From positions 930,001 to 994,000 of the forward strand of contig JBNJNM010000023.1 of assembly GCA_052426225.1 (NCBI GenBank): DNA of 64,000 bases, given 5' to 3'. Of this stretch, positions 39,801 to 52,686 are shown piece after piece. Positions within the stretch are counted from its first letter, which is position 1; every line of letters starts with the position of its first letter. Below the pieces are notes generated by a model that saw only the letters and a program-made list of their open reading frames with translations, did not search any database and was not told the DNA's origin. Source of the DNA: Zancudomyces culisetae HAW-14-8 (Eukaryota; Fungi; Kickxellomycota). Made by a program: the position numbers and the translations under genes.

Positions 39801-40249
39801 ATACATAGTAGCATTGTATTAAAAAAACATGTATTTAAAAAAAAGCACAGATGAGTTTCCTAAAATTCGTACGCTTCGACACTATATTAAATTGATTGGA
39901 AAGTCCCAATAGGTGCTGGTAATAATTGATTTGCTTTGGTAAAAGAGCTGTAAATTAAAAAAACAACAGCAAAATATACGAGAATGGGTAGAAAACCAAA
40001 TAAAAACAGCGCAGAAAAAGCGAGAAAATCTTTTTTTTTTGATAATTTGATTATTTTAATGAAAAAAAAAATTACGGGGATAAATAAATCGAGAAAAATC
40101 AAGAAAAGACAAGGAGAATGATAACCACAGAAAAAAAAAATACACCTGTTCACATAAAAATATATCGCCAACGGGTAATAAAAAGCGAGCAAAACAAAAA
40201 AAAACACAAGTATAAAAGCGGGGGAAAAAGTGCATAAATAAAAAGAGTC

Positions 40250-41809
40250 ATGCTTAAAGCTTTTAGTACTTGTAAAAATAACAAAATAACCAGACTAATT
40301 ACTGGGCAGTTAAGAATGAATACATTTGCGACAACAACAACAGCTAATGGGACCAAGTCAGTGCTTACACTGGAAAGCATCAACCAGCGTGTAAGAACTA
40401 TGGAGTACGCTGTTCGTGGTGTTCTTCCAATCAGAGCAGAAGAGATACAAAGGGGCTTGGACGCAGGGGAGAGCGACAAATATGCATTCAACAAGACAGT
40501 GTTCTGCAATATAGGAAATCCCCAACAACTGGGTCAGAAGCCATTGACATATTTGCGTCAATTATCTGCATTGGTGGACTATCCTGAATTACTTTCTGAA
40601 AAGAACTATGAAATAACAAAGCAGCTGTTTCCAGAAAAAGTAATTGAGCGAGCAAAAGAGACACTGAACGCCGCGGTAAGTGTGGGAGCATATTCTGGTA
40701 GTACAGGACTAGAGGTTGTACGAAGAAACGTCGCTGCATTCATCGAAAAACGCGATGGATTCCCTTCAGATTTCAAGAACATTCAACTGACAAATGGTGC
40801 ATCAGGTGCAGTGGAAAGGGTCTTGGAGCTGTTGGTAGCACATGACAAGGTGGGAATTATGATACCAATACCACAATATCCACTGTACTCGGCGAGTTTG
40901 ACGCGATTTGGAGCGCACGCTGTTTCTTACTATTTACAAGAACAAAAGGAATGGGGATTGGATATAAACGGACTCAAAACATCCGTGAGCGAAGCAAGAG
41001 CAAAGGGTATTGAGGTGAGAGCACTAGTAATTATCAACCCTGGAAACCCAACAGGCTCTGTTCTGACACTAGAAAACATGGAGCAGGTTGTTCGTTTCTG
41101 TGAAGACGAGGGATTGGTCCTTCTCGCAGATGAAGTATACCAACAAAACGTATACTACAAGCAAGACAAGCCCTTCCACTCTTTCAAAAAAGTTGTCTCT
41201 TCGCTGAAATCATCGGTGGAACTGTTTTCATTCCATTCAATTTCGAAAGGAATGATTGGTGAATGTGGAAGACGTGGAGGATACCTCGAAATGCATAATA
41301 TTCCACAGCCAATTAGCGACATTATGTTTAAGATGGCATCAGTTTCACTGTGTCCAAACGTACTAGGCCAAATTGCAGTAGATGTCATGGTTAAGCCGCC
41401 AAGCCAAGAAGAGGACCCAGAATCACACAAGCAGTACAACGACGAATTAAAAGCTATTTACGATAGTTTGAAGCGAAGAGCAGAAAAACTATGCAACGCA
41501 TTCAATAGCCAGGAAAACATCAACTGTAATGTGGCAGAGGGATCAATGTACTTGTTCCCCCAAATTAAATTGCCAGCCAAGTTTGTCCAGGAATGTAAGG
41601 ACAGAGGCGATCTGCCTCCAGACCAAGAATATTCACTAGCAATGTTGAATGCTACTGGTGTGTGTGTGGTTCCAGGTAGTGGATTTGGACAGGTTGATGG
41701 TACTTATCACTTTAGATGTACTTTCTTGCCACCTGAAGGTGATTTCGATCAGTTTGTAGCGACATTTGGTGAATTCAACCAAAGTTTTATCAAAAAATAC
41801 AGCAATTAG
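40250..41809 (+). CDS. ALT1: Alanine aminotransferase (PLP class I), with a probable mitochondrial presequence
   Basis: MEYAVRG, NIGNPQQLGQKP, PIPQYPLYSA, INPGNPTG, LADEVYQ, FHSISKGMIGECGRRGGY (PLP lysine) and VPGSGFGQ..GTYHFRCT. Confidence 0.97.
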   Translation: MLKAFSTCKNNKITRLITGQLRMNTFATTTTANGTKSVLTLESINQRVRTMEYAVRGVLPIRAEEIQRGLDAGESDKYAFNKTVFCNIGNPQQLGQKPLTYLRQLSALVDYPELLSEKNYEITKQLFPEKVIERAKETLNAAVSVGAYSGSTGLEVVRRNVAAFIEKRDGFPSDFKNIQLTNGASGAVERVLELLVAHDKVGIMIPIPQYPLYSASLTRFGAHAVSYYLQEQKEWGLDINGLKTSVSEARAKGIEVRALVIINPGNPTGSVLTLENMEQVVRFCEDEGLVLLADEVYQQNVYYKQDKPFHSFKKVVSSLKSSVELFSFHSISKGMIGECGRRGGYLEMHNIPQPISDIMFKMASVSLCPNVLGQIAVDVMVKPPSQEEDPESHKQYNDELKAIYDSLKRRAEKLCNAFNSQENINCNVAEGSMYLFPQIKLPAKFVQECKDRGDLPPDQEYSLAMLNATGVCVVPGSGFGQVDGTYHFRCTFLPPEGDFDQFVATFGEFNQSFIKKYSN

Positions 41810-41951
41810 ATTACAGCTAGATTAAACCATTATTTTAGGCATTTCAAGCCTTTTATCTGTTTTTGGTTATTCACTAATTTATTATCTTTTGACTCTGATT
41901 ATAATACGTCATCGCCGATAATAAAAGAAATAGTTATTATGATTATTAACT

Positions 41952-43551
41952 TTAGTGTTTATATTGAGAAATCAAGCTCTTTGCTATTGTCAATAGCTGA
42001 ATGTTGGAAGTTCCTTCATAGATTGCACCAATTTTGCAGTCACGGTAATATTTTTCTATAGGAAACTCACGTGTAAATCCAACACCTCCCATCCACTCGA
42101 CACAGCGTGAGGTTGTACGTTCAGCCACTTGCGAAGCAAACAGTTTAGCCATAGCAGCCTCCTTGACAAAGGGTTGGCCTTCTTGCTTCAATCGTGCAGC
42201 GTTATAAGTCAGATTTCGAGCAGCTTCAATTTCCATGGCTGCTTGAGCAAACTGCATTTGCATTCCTTGGAATGAACCGATTTCCGAACCAAATTGTTTG
42301 CGTTGGAACAAGTAGGGGAGTGTGCGATCAAAGCAGCCCTGGGAAATTCCAACCATCTGTGCAGCTATACCAATTCTTCCTTCGTTCAAAATCTCAATGG
42401 CATACTTATATCCTTTGCCCACCTCACCAAGTATATTAGATGCAGGGACAACCACATCTTCAAACACAAGCGGACATGTGCTACTGGCCCGGAGTCCCAG
42501 CTTTTTTTCTCTCTTGCCGACCTTGACACCCATACCCTTTTCAACTACAAAGCATGTGATTCCCTTGTATCCACGCGATACATCGACATTTGCAAACACC
42601 AAAAAAATTTCCGCCTCACCAGCATTGGTGATCCACATCTTTTCACCGTTCAACACATAGTGTGAACCATCTGCGCTCTTAGTGGCTGTTGTCTTTAGTG
42701 CAAATGCATCGCTTCCTGATGATGGTTCGCTAAGTGCGAATGATCCAACCTTGTCTGTTGCCAATTGGGGTAGGTATTTCGCTTGGAGCTCTTCGCTGGC
42801 GTGGTGTTTAAACACTGTGTTTACAAGTGTGTTTTGTACATCACAAGCAACAGATACAGACGCATCTACCTTTGACAATTCTTCGATTACCAATATTGCC
42901 GACGTAAAACTAGCTTCAGTGCCGTTGTAGGCTGCTGGTGTTTCGATTCCCATTAACTAGTTATTTATTTGAAGTAAGGCTGTAAGTAAATAAAAACATA
43001 ATGATATTTTCTATTTATTTTTATTTTTAAAAAAAGGAAGTTTAACTTACACCTTGGTCAAAAAGTTCCTTCAAAACTGCTGGATCAATTTTTTCGTTTT
43101 CATCCATTTGGGATACTTTTGGCTCAATTACTTGTTTAGCAAAATTTGCAACTATTCAGTATTATATATCAAATATATCACCATTAGTATTGTTGCAATC
43201 GGAATGTTGATAAATGACAATTACAACATTTACTATACTGATTATATATTAGTTAAAAGTTAAATGTAAGATATAAAAAAATAGTATATACAATCTGAAC
43301 CAAGTAAATTTTAGTTCAGTAATTATTATTGTTATTATTTTAGAATTACCAGCATCTCTCATCATGACTTCATCCTCAGAAAAGTTGAACAAGGAGCGTG
43401 GGTGAATGTCATCGTTGCTAATTTTAGCAGATGAGTGGAACGGTGCAGATGTGTTGCACACTGCTTTGTTGGCGAGGATGGTGTTTCTCAACAACTTTGC
43501 CTTTGTATTGTTTGAGGTATTCAAAATGCGCTTTAGTGGAGTTAGTGACAT
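41952..43551 (-). CDS. ACADSB: Short/branched-chain acyl-CoA dehydrogenase, mitochondrial; join(43551-43350,43151-43051,42956-41952), 435 aa
   Basis: [55 protein letters not shown] and [19 protein letters not shown]. Two GT-AG introns join the presequence exon and [34 protein letters not shown] in frame. Confidence 0.93.
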
Positions 43552-45722
43552 TGTTGTTTATCGGTTTTTTGTATTTTCCTTTTCTTTTGGAGAAATTTGA
43601 TTAGTTAGTATGACTAGATACTAGCTGGTGTTTTTGGTGTTTTAATTGCCTCTTTATCAAAAGTGGATATATTATCTTTTTTCTATTACTAGATTATTTC
43701 TCTATAAGAAAAAAAAAGATAAGGTAGGATAAAAGTAATAATTAGAAATGTGGTTTTTATATAGAAAAGTTTGGTTGAGATATGGATGAGGGTAGTGTGG
43801 GTGAATGTGAGGGTGAGTGGGTGAAAGGGTGAGAGATTGATTGTATCACTGCAAATTGAAATTTTTGGTAGGAAAAGATAAACATGTTTTAAATGAAATA
43901 GACGTGAATGTGAATAATTGCGGATTTGAAAAAAAAAAAAGAAAAAAGAAAAAAAAACGAAAATTGCACTGACTCGATTAGTTATCATTAATTTATCATG
44001 CTCATTGGAGACGCAAGCCAATAAACTCATTTGTTTTATATTTGCAATGTTTTTATGAAAAAAATTGAGCTGAATAGGCATTTAATCCACCAATTCTCGC
44101 CCACTAAATACACAACCTACCACGTGTTAACAACAGCGATAAAAAGAAAAGCATGGAGTATAACCCATTTTGATCATTTGGTGAAACACCTATAATGGTG
44201 CAGGAGGATGTGATACGGGTAAGTGTACCAAAGATGAGGCAAACACCAGTATAATAAATGCCACAGAACCTCATCATCGGTACAATTACATATTAACGGA
44301 GATTGCTCACTAGTAAGAAAGTAGTCCCCGTTACTGCAATGGGTCAAGCTACCTGTTTGAGAATGAGAATGAAAATAGTATTAGATTATTCCTAATAAAA
44401 CTGAATTACAAAACACTGTATGTGATATAGGTTGTAATAAGCTGTGAATATTGATTAGTTCCTACCATCTTTTTACTGTCAACATTTTGGCCCTAATGAG
44501 CTCAATGCTGATTCATTTTCAGCAGAGTTTTTCGGGATGTTTGCAGCAAGTAATGGTGCATTTATCAAATAAAAATTGATACTATTAAGTATAACAAGAA
44601 TGATACAATTTTGGTTATCCAAAAGAAAAAAAAGAGCTTTCTATTTGAATTTTGACTCTTGAACTGTATGAGTGGCGTATAGTATTCTGTATATGAGTTT
44701 AGTAAATATGGGTGTAGTAAAACTTTATTAAAAATATTTAAATATATAGAAAAATAAAACACCCACTTTGCTAATGTTGTTCTCCTATTAGAAAAGTGGA
44801 AATATAAAACTAGAAAGTTTTTTTTTAGGTAAACAATAATTAATAAAAAGAATATAAATATTTGAAAAGTACCAAGTTTCTCAACAAGAAGCTTTTTCAA
44901 GGTGTTACCAAAATCTATCTGTTTAGAAACCAACAAGTCAGTACCATAGCAGTTTGTGAGTATGTATATGGGGGAGGAGGAGAGAGTGAGTTTGCCTACT
45001 TTGTTTTCAAACTGCTATATTCGCAATGTTATATTTCAATCCAATCTCGTGTATTTTAAATTTGATCTCAATCATGTTGTGCGTTATTTTTCAAACTCTC
45101 TTTTTTTCAATTTTTTTTTCAGTTTTGAGGGTCTGTTAATTTCTACTCAATTCTGAATTCTTCATTCCCACCCTACCCTATAACTATAACACAGAGAGGT
45201 AAGAGGATAAAAGAAATAATCAACTCGAGTTGGATTATATGATCAAAAGAAAAAGGAGTGCTTTCTACAACAAGGCTTTTACAAAAGTATAAATTATACT
45301 TGGAGTCTCAGTGTAAATACAACTAAAAAAAAACAAAGATAAATGGTTGTTGAATTCTTGTACTTTTTATTCCTTGTTTTTTTATTATGGTTGGGTTGGT
45401 GTGACCTTTTAGTGTAGATGAAATGGTTTTGGTATATCCATGATGTTGGTGGAAAGGTACTCGATTCAATATGAACATATGTTATAAAGAATCAAGGTTA
45501 TAACCTGATAGTAAATATAAATATAAATATAAAAGTATTTGGTATTAAATGATGTCAAGAATCCGTTGTAAATGCTTTTTACTTATTTATTGAAAAATTG
45601 AATTATATCCAAAATAAAAATGAAGACATTTTGAAAATAATAAAACAATAGTGACTAATTGTGTTTTCATAATGAGCTCCAGTTTTGTACTCAAAATTAT
45701 ACATATTGTAAAAGGGAGAGAT

Positions 45723-45726
<4 letters not shown>

Positions 45727-45765
<39 letters not shown>

Positions 45766-45783
45766 GTGTGTGTGTGTGTGTGT
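45727..45783. repeat. Compound (AG)n(GT)n microsatellite
   Basis: (AG)18 followed by (GT)10. Confidence 0.9.
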
Positions 45784-45971
45784 ATGTGTGATTAATCATT
45801 TTTTCTTGGTCTTTGTGTAGTTTACCTCGAGGTTTAGATCTATGATGGTGATGGGATCCCAAAGATACTTTTATCCAAAAAAAAAAGAGAGCTTTATTTG
45901 TTGATTTTATTTTTGTTTTAATTTTATTTTAGGTAATTTGGAAACCTTATTTCCCACTCACTTTACCTTGT

Positions 45972-46030
45972 CTTACCTTAACTTACCTTACCTTAACTTA
46001 CCTTACCTTACCTTACCTTACCTTACCTTA
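45972..46030. repeat. (CTTAC)n pentanucleotide repeat, read as (GTAAG)n on the minus strand
   Basis: About 12 imperfect units immediately upstream of the 46064 ORF. Confidence 0.85.
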
Positions 46031-46063
46031 ATTCCAAAAAGAAAAGAAAATCAATAGTATAAA

Positions 46064-47083
46064 ATGAGCGAGAAAAAACAAGTGAGGAGGGAAAAGTATG
46101 GTACAAATCAGTTTATGGAGGGAGAAAGAGTGAAAATGAATCTAATATCAACAAAATTTGGCTGTTTGCGACATAGTCTTACGGTATTTCTGGGCTCTGA
46201 AACAGTTCCCAACAAGCTGGTTGCTGGAATGAAGACCAAGCCATCAAATATTTTGGAAGCGGAAAACAGGAAAACACCGGGTCGTAGCAGAAGATTTGTG
46301 GATAAGGAAATGGAGATTGAAAAGTTGAAAGTTAAAAAGGAGGAGGAGCAGGAGGAGGAGGAACAAGAAGAAGAAGAAGGTAAATGTGGAAGTGGTATGA
46401 TGGAGATTGAAGATTTACGTGAGCCTATAGAATATGTAGACAAGGAAAGGGATGAGGGATTTGAGACGATAAATCAAGAAGGAATGGTGGAAAGTGGTTG
46501 TGGGGATGAGCAAGGCTTAGTAGCCACAAGGATGGAAATTGTTCTTGAAGAAGTAGGTAATGATGAAAATGAAAATGAAAAAGTGAAGGAGGAGGAGAAG
46601 GAGAAGGAGGAGGAGGTAGTAGTAAAAGTCGAAATAAAGGCTGAGAATAGGATTGAAAACGAAATTGTTGGTATGGAGGTTGATGTTGAACAAGAACAAG
46701 AACAAGAACAAGAGGGTGCGAGCTTGTTGGTGAAGGAGGACAAAGATGTCAATACAGCATTTAAAGATACTATTGAGACCAATAATAACACATGTAAAGA
46801 ACAAAGTGCACAGGAAAACGTAGAATCGATAAATGTATATAAAAGCATGAATAGTTGGATAAATACTAGTAGCAATCATGGTTATAAAAGGGAAAATGTT
46901 ACAGAATATACAAAACAGATATTTGTTTCTGGAGAGATGGCCAATTTGGTGCAGGAAATAAATTTAGAAATAGGAATAACGGTGTATAAGAAAGAAAAAA
47001 ACATAGGGGAGGAGAATCTAAATAAAGAAAAGGAGGTGCAAGGAGTAATCGAATATATAACAAGGGAGATTCAAATCAAATAA
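46064..47083 (+). CDS. Hypothetical Glu/Lys-rich low-complexity protein; may be the last exon of a longer gene
   Basis: 339-codon open frame with AAAATG context and an in-frame AG acceptor at 46056-46057. No recognisable domain. Confidence 0.45.
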   Translation: MSEKKQVRREKYGTNQFMEGERVKMNLISTKFGCLRHSLTVFLGSETVPNKLVAGMKTKPSNILEAENRKTPGRSRRFVDKEMEIEKLKVKKEEEQEEEEQEEEEGKCGSGMMEIEDLREPIEYVDKERDEGFETINQEGMVESGCGDEQGLVATRMEIVLEEVGNDENENEKVKEEEKEKEEEVVVKVEIKAENRIENEIVGMEVDVEQEQEQEQEGASLLVKEDKDVNTAFKDTIETNNNTCKEQSAQENVESINVYKSMNSWINTSSNHGYKRENVTEYTKQIFVSGEMANLVQEINLEIGITVYKKEKNIGEENLNKEKEVQGVIEYITREIQIK

Positions 47084-47084
47084 G

Positions 47085-50000
47085 TTAAACCAGGCCATCG
47101 GTTTGACTGTCAACTAGGGCACGTAGACGGAACAGTTTTTTCTCGGTGGGAATGAGAGTTTCAATGACAGCGACTTTGCGAGCAGTCAAATAAAGTACTT
47201 GGTCATTCATGTCGTTAGTGTCCAAGAGGACATTGGTGCCAACAGGGGGAGCAGAAGGAGATAGGGGAGTGGAACCCAAGGTGGAAGGATGGGTGGAAGC
47301 CAGTCGTTTGTTGAGTTCGGGAATGATCTTTTGAGTGAGGATGGGGTCCTCATAGTCGGAGACGGTATAGATGGTGAGTAGTTTTTTGATTTGGGCAGGG
47401 TTGAGCAGGTTGCAAACATCAAACATAATTTCGACATCCTGCTCAGTGGATTTGGGCAGCTGAAGCAATTTGACGAGTTGTAGTAAGCGATCAAGATTCT
47501 TTGTGGTATCAGAGACATGATGGGCTTTACACCACTCTTCAATGCGGGTCAGGTTGTATTGGATTTGCATTCCTCGTTTCCAGGAACAAAAGTTACGACG
47601 CATAATAATGTTGTTGAAGGCAGTGATTCCAATTGTGCAGAGGAATTCAGACATGATCTGCTTCATAATGGCAGTGTCTACATAATAAAACTCCATGATT
47701 TTCCAGACATTAGTAAAAAAGTTGAGGATATTTTCGATTTTTATGGGCGAGTCTCGGTTGACAGAGCCAATAATGCGGTTGAAAAACGAATTGTCGTTGG
47801 CAGTAAACCCGGGCAGAGCTTCAGATTCGACAACAGCCGGAATGACGAGCTTGACAAAGCGACGCTGCAAGTCCTTTGCCCAACCAAAATAAATATCACT
47901 TAGTAAGGATTCCAGGAACTGCATGCCCTCAGTCATAGCACGCTCGCTTTCGACATACTCAAAGCCAGCAGCCTGGCGTTCAGTCATTGAAGTCTTTACT
48001 ATGGAAAGCAGTTCAAAGACATTGGACAGCCAAAAGGCAGCAGTGAAATCATTGTCGAAATTCATGGTGCGTTTTTGGATCAGGCCAATGCAGCCCAGCA
48101 ACAGTTTGTCGATACGTTTGGCTAGGTTGAATTGGAACATTTTGATAACACACAGGCCAATCAGATGGGCAGGAAACAGGATTTCGGGCGGCGAGTATTC
48201 ATTGTCGAGCGAGGGTACGGGGACGATTAAGCCGCCAATCAGTTCCTCGAGAATTTCAGTAATCAAGCCATCGTCGGTATCCAGCATAGAAAAGACGCTG
48301 TTTTCGTCGAGGATCAGTCCAGGCTGCAGCTGGTATTCATCGAAGGGATAGTTGCCATCGGGATGGGCTTGTTGTAGAGCTTGTTGTTGTTCAGATTCGG
48401 TGTTTGTTGTTGGATAGTCGTAGCCAGATTTGGAGAAGGAATTGATAGTGTCCCATTTCTTGTTAGCTTCCTGTAGCCGTTTGGCGTCTAGCGCATTTGC
48501 AGTTGCCAAAAACGAAGAAGAAATTGAGGCTGCTCTGGAGCCTTTGCGAGTCATTCGCCGTGGTTCGAGATCCATGGTTTCTTCATCCGGTTGTGGTAAC
48601 GATGTTTCCTTTGCAGAAGCAGCAGCGGCAGCGGCAGCAGCAGTAGCAGTGGCGGCAGCAGCCTCACTAGCGGCCAACGCTTTGCTTTGTTCTTCGAGTT
48701 TTGTAGTTAGCTGGTCAATTTCGGTTTGTAGATTTTTGATGTTGTCGTCACGTGCAGCTAATTCAGTGGAATTAGATTCCAATTCCTGCCTAGTGGTAGC
48801 AAGCTGGGAGCTGGTATCTTTTAGTTGGAGAGAAAGAGAGTCGATTTCGGCAGACTTTTCAGAGTTTGTTTGTTCAAGCTGGTCAATCCGCGCAGTGTTT
48901 TTAGACAGTTCGGCTTGAACAGCGTTGAAATCCTTAAGCAAACTAGCATATTTGGATTCCTGGACCTGCAACGTTCTAGTCAATTCAATGACTTTGGCTT
49001 CGAGTTTGTAAGAGGCTTCTTTGATTTGCTCTTCAATATCTTCCTGCGACTGTCGCTTGGCTATCTTGGCCTGTCGTACAATTTCCTTGCTGACAACCAT
49101 TCGCCGGATAGCCTGCAGTCGAAGAATGGAATGGATTGTATGTAGATACTCTTTCCGCGCCAAATACATTTTCACAACGCTTTGGATCTTCACAGCTGCA
49201 TGCAACTGTCGACGATTGCGCAACTCAGTCCGTGCCAAAAAGCCTCTACAGCACGCCACCAGCTGCACACGCACATCGCGACGACTGGTCAGCAGCGAGC
49301 GTGCCAAAAAGTGTCTAGCCAACCACTGGATCAGCTCCACAGCACGGTCATGCTTGCGTTGGTTGTACTCGACTAGACTGATATACCTGCGTGCCAAGGC
49401 CTGGATGGTTAGTGCAGCAGTACGTTTGCGCAGATACAGTTTGCGGGTAATAAGACGACGAACATGTTTTTGGATTAGAGTTGCACACCGCATTAGTTTT
49501 TCAGTACGTTTGTTTTCCAGTTGGGCAAGCACACCAGCACGGAAAAAGACTTTGGACAAACCTATTTGGAACTTGTTTGGATCTTTAATTAGCGTTGATA
49601 CTGTTTGCGTAACATATTCTCTTAGTTGCATGTCGCTAGTATAATGTGTGTTGGCCAACATTTCGTATCTTGCTATAAAGTCATTGATTGTTACTCGTGA
49701 CGGATACCCAGCGCAGCTAATGCGAATGGTTTCCAGCACACCACATGCCCGCAGCTGTGCCAACACCAACTGTGCATCAAATTGCCACGCCTCTTTATTG
49801 TCATTGGGTTTAATACACCGGATATAGTGTGTCTCTGTACCCGCAATTGTCGTCATCAACTCGCCAAGTGACTTTTTAAACGCCGAACCCAAAGTGGTTT
49901 TGTTTTTAAGTCCAAATTTACTCGACGCCAACATGGGCGCTGTATCTTTTACATTTCTCCCTACCGACGACCTTGATGCTGTTGTTGATGTTGCTGATGT

Positions 50001-52686
50001 TGGCGTTGATACTTGCTGTTCATCGTATGGTATTGATACAAGTGTCTTTAGAAAGCCATAGCTTGTTTGGTCCAATACTTTAAGCATTTCTTCAGTAACT
50101 GTATCTCTATTCTTTTCCAAAAAGCCTATTGCATTATACGATACATCCAATGCATAGTGTTTGATTGTAAATTCGGGTTTTTGGAATCGAGGCTTTTCAA
50201 AATAGTCATTAGGTTTAGTCCTGATCTTGAATCCACTGTTGCTAGCGTTTAGTGTTACTGACGACCTACTTTCGGCTCCTGAAGTTTCACCAGCAGCAAA
50301 ATTCGAATATAGTTTATCAAGCATCTTTGTATCGCTTCCATTAGGTAATCGCGACTCCTCATCCAAAATACTCAGGACACCTAATCGTCCTTCAATCAAC
50401 TCAATACACAGTTGGTTATCGTTGAATTCAATAAACGTCCAATTCGCCAACTGTTCACGCTGATACTCTTCCTGCTCCAGCTTGAATACATGCTTGTTGA
50501 AATGCTGCTGCAGCTTTTCATTGGCATAGTTGATACAAAACTGCTCAAACGAATTTACTTCAAATTGTTCAAACCCATAAATATCCAAAACCCCAATAAA
50601 CCTATACCTGTTATTTTTATTATTTTTATTGTTGTGGTTGTTGTTGTTGTTGTTGTTGTTGTTTGAGTCCATTTCCAACTTTAATTCGGAATCAGAATTA
50701 GAATTATCATCAGAATTAGAGTTAGAGTTAGAAATAGTATTGTTATCGGAACCAGAATCAGGATCTGCTGCTACTACTTGGTTAACTCGTTCAACTATCC
50801 ACTCAAAGAGCCGAGAATATATATATTTACTAACTGAATCTCGAACTACCAACGCCTGAGTCTTGTCCAAATTACTAACTATCTTCTCTGACCGCATCAC
50901 CATCAACTTTTTGGTCATCCACCGCTGAAACTCCGCCTTTTCAACACCCAACAACTCTACTGCCTTGGAAAACCACTCATCGCCATCACGGATTCGTGCC
51001 CCGCCTCTCCCAACTTGCTCAATCTCCACATTTCCCAGATGAAGAAGAGCCGAAATGATCCGGAAGATTTCATATTGGCCATTTGCATCAATCCCAACCG
51101 CTTCCAACGCACTACACGTGTTCAGAAACTCGGCTGCATCGTCGACCCCCGCAATCTCCCCGCTTTTGGTCGCCACTCCGCCTTGGTTGATATAGTTGTA
51201 CTCTGTCCAATCCGGCCGGATATTCAAATCAATTTCTTGGTCAAAACTATTTTCATTTTCCACATCGCTTTCTACACCATCGACTGCATTATTTTCTTGA
51301 TCCTTTTCCTCATGAAGGGAATACATTGTCTTTTGTCTCAGTTTTGGATGTCGCTTGAGAAACTGGTTGTATCCTTTAACCACCTGATAGAAAATATGAA
51401 AGTTACGTTCACGCTTGGGTTGATATACAATTCGCGACCGTTCTAGCAAGTACGTCTTGATTTTCGCTCCAACAATTTTAAATGGTTGTTGTTTGTTTTG
51501 GGGATCAAATTCTATTTGCAAATACTTGCCAAATCGCGATGAATTGTCGTTTTTTATCGTCTTTGCATTTCCAAACGATTCCAAAATCGGATTTGTAGCC
51601 AATATTTTGGCCTCAATTTCCGAAATATTCTCCATATACTCATCAATAGCCTCCTGGACATCCATTCCAGACCCGTTATTCTTGTTTTTATTGTTTTTGG
51701 CCATGGCCTTGGTCAGCAGAGTATCAGATGAGTTTGTGGATGCATCGCCTGTACCAGTTGTTGGTGATGTAACTTTGGCTGTCGTCGAAGCAAAATACCG
51801 CATAATGTGTTTGGCACTGACTGTCTTTCCCGCTCCAGATTCTCCACTAACAATAATACTCTGATTCTTGCCGTCACGCACCAATCCTTGGTACGCATCT
51901 TCAGCAATCGCAAACAAATGCGGTTCCAATTCACCCAAAATACGACCTGAGTATGCGTCTTGTGTATCTTGTGAATACCATTGCGACAATAATTGCGAGT
52001 CGCTCTGGTCAAGCTCCAGCATGGGCTTTTTCTTGGTCATAGGCGTTGTAAATGCTTGGGATTGAGATTGGGATTGGGATTGGGATTGGGATTGTGGTTG
52101 TCGACCAATAAATGGATTGATGGCCACCAGTACCAACCCAGAGTATGTATAGATTAAATTGTTGACTGTATATCGCACCTTCAAATTGTGCAACACAGAG
52201 GCTTCACTAAGATGAGTCAATGTAGTTAAATCATCAATGCCTTCTAAAATTGGTGGGTTGCATAGTGGCGGTAAAATTCCATAATATTCTTCATGGGTCC
52301 CAATACCGTTTCCGCCGCCATCTGTGGGTTTTGCAGCGTTTGATTGGTATTTTTTGGTTTTTGTTAGATCCTTTTCGTTGTATTGCGCCTGGTATACTCC
52401 CGGCTCGCCGCTTTCCAAGGTGACATAATCGATAGTAATTTGTGACTCGCCAGCGCTGGGAGAATCCTTGACTATTTGCAGATTCTGTACAACTGCAATT
52501 TCCCAGACCTGTGTTTCACTCCGGATAAATATCCTAGTGTTCTATTGATAGAAAGAGTATCAAGAAAAAACCAAAAGTAAGTAAATAAATCGGGGAGTTT
52601 TTTTTTTAGAGTTTCCAAGTTAATATTAGAGACATGATGGTGTTTTAATAGCATACCTTTTTGTATAAACTTAGTATTTCGTCCAT
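47085..52686 (-). CDS. MYO2: Class V myosin; join(52686-52657,52541-47085), 1828 aa
   Basis: GESGAGKT P-loop, LESFGNAKT..NDNSSRFGK, LDIYGFE, CINYANEKLQ, IQ repeats, coiled coil and Dilute domain (CSWKRGMQIQYN). A 10-codon exon MDEILSLYKK|GTATGC splices in phase 0 to NTRIFIRSETQVW. Confidence 0.95.

Noticed and set aside
40250-43551. ALT1 plus ACADSB as a metabolic gene cluster
   Set aside because: Only two convergent housekeeping genes, with no shared promoter and no further pathway genes.
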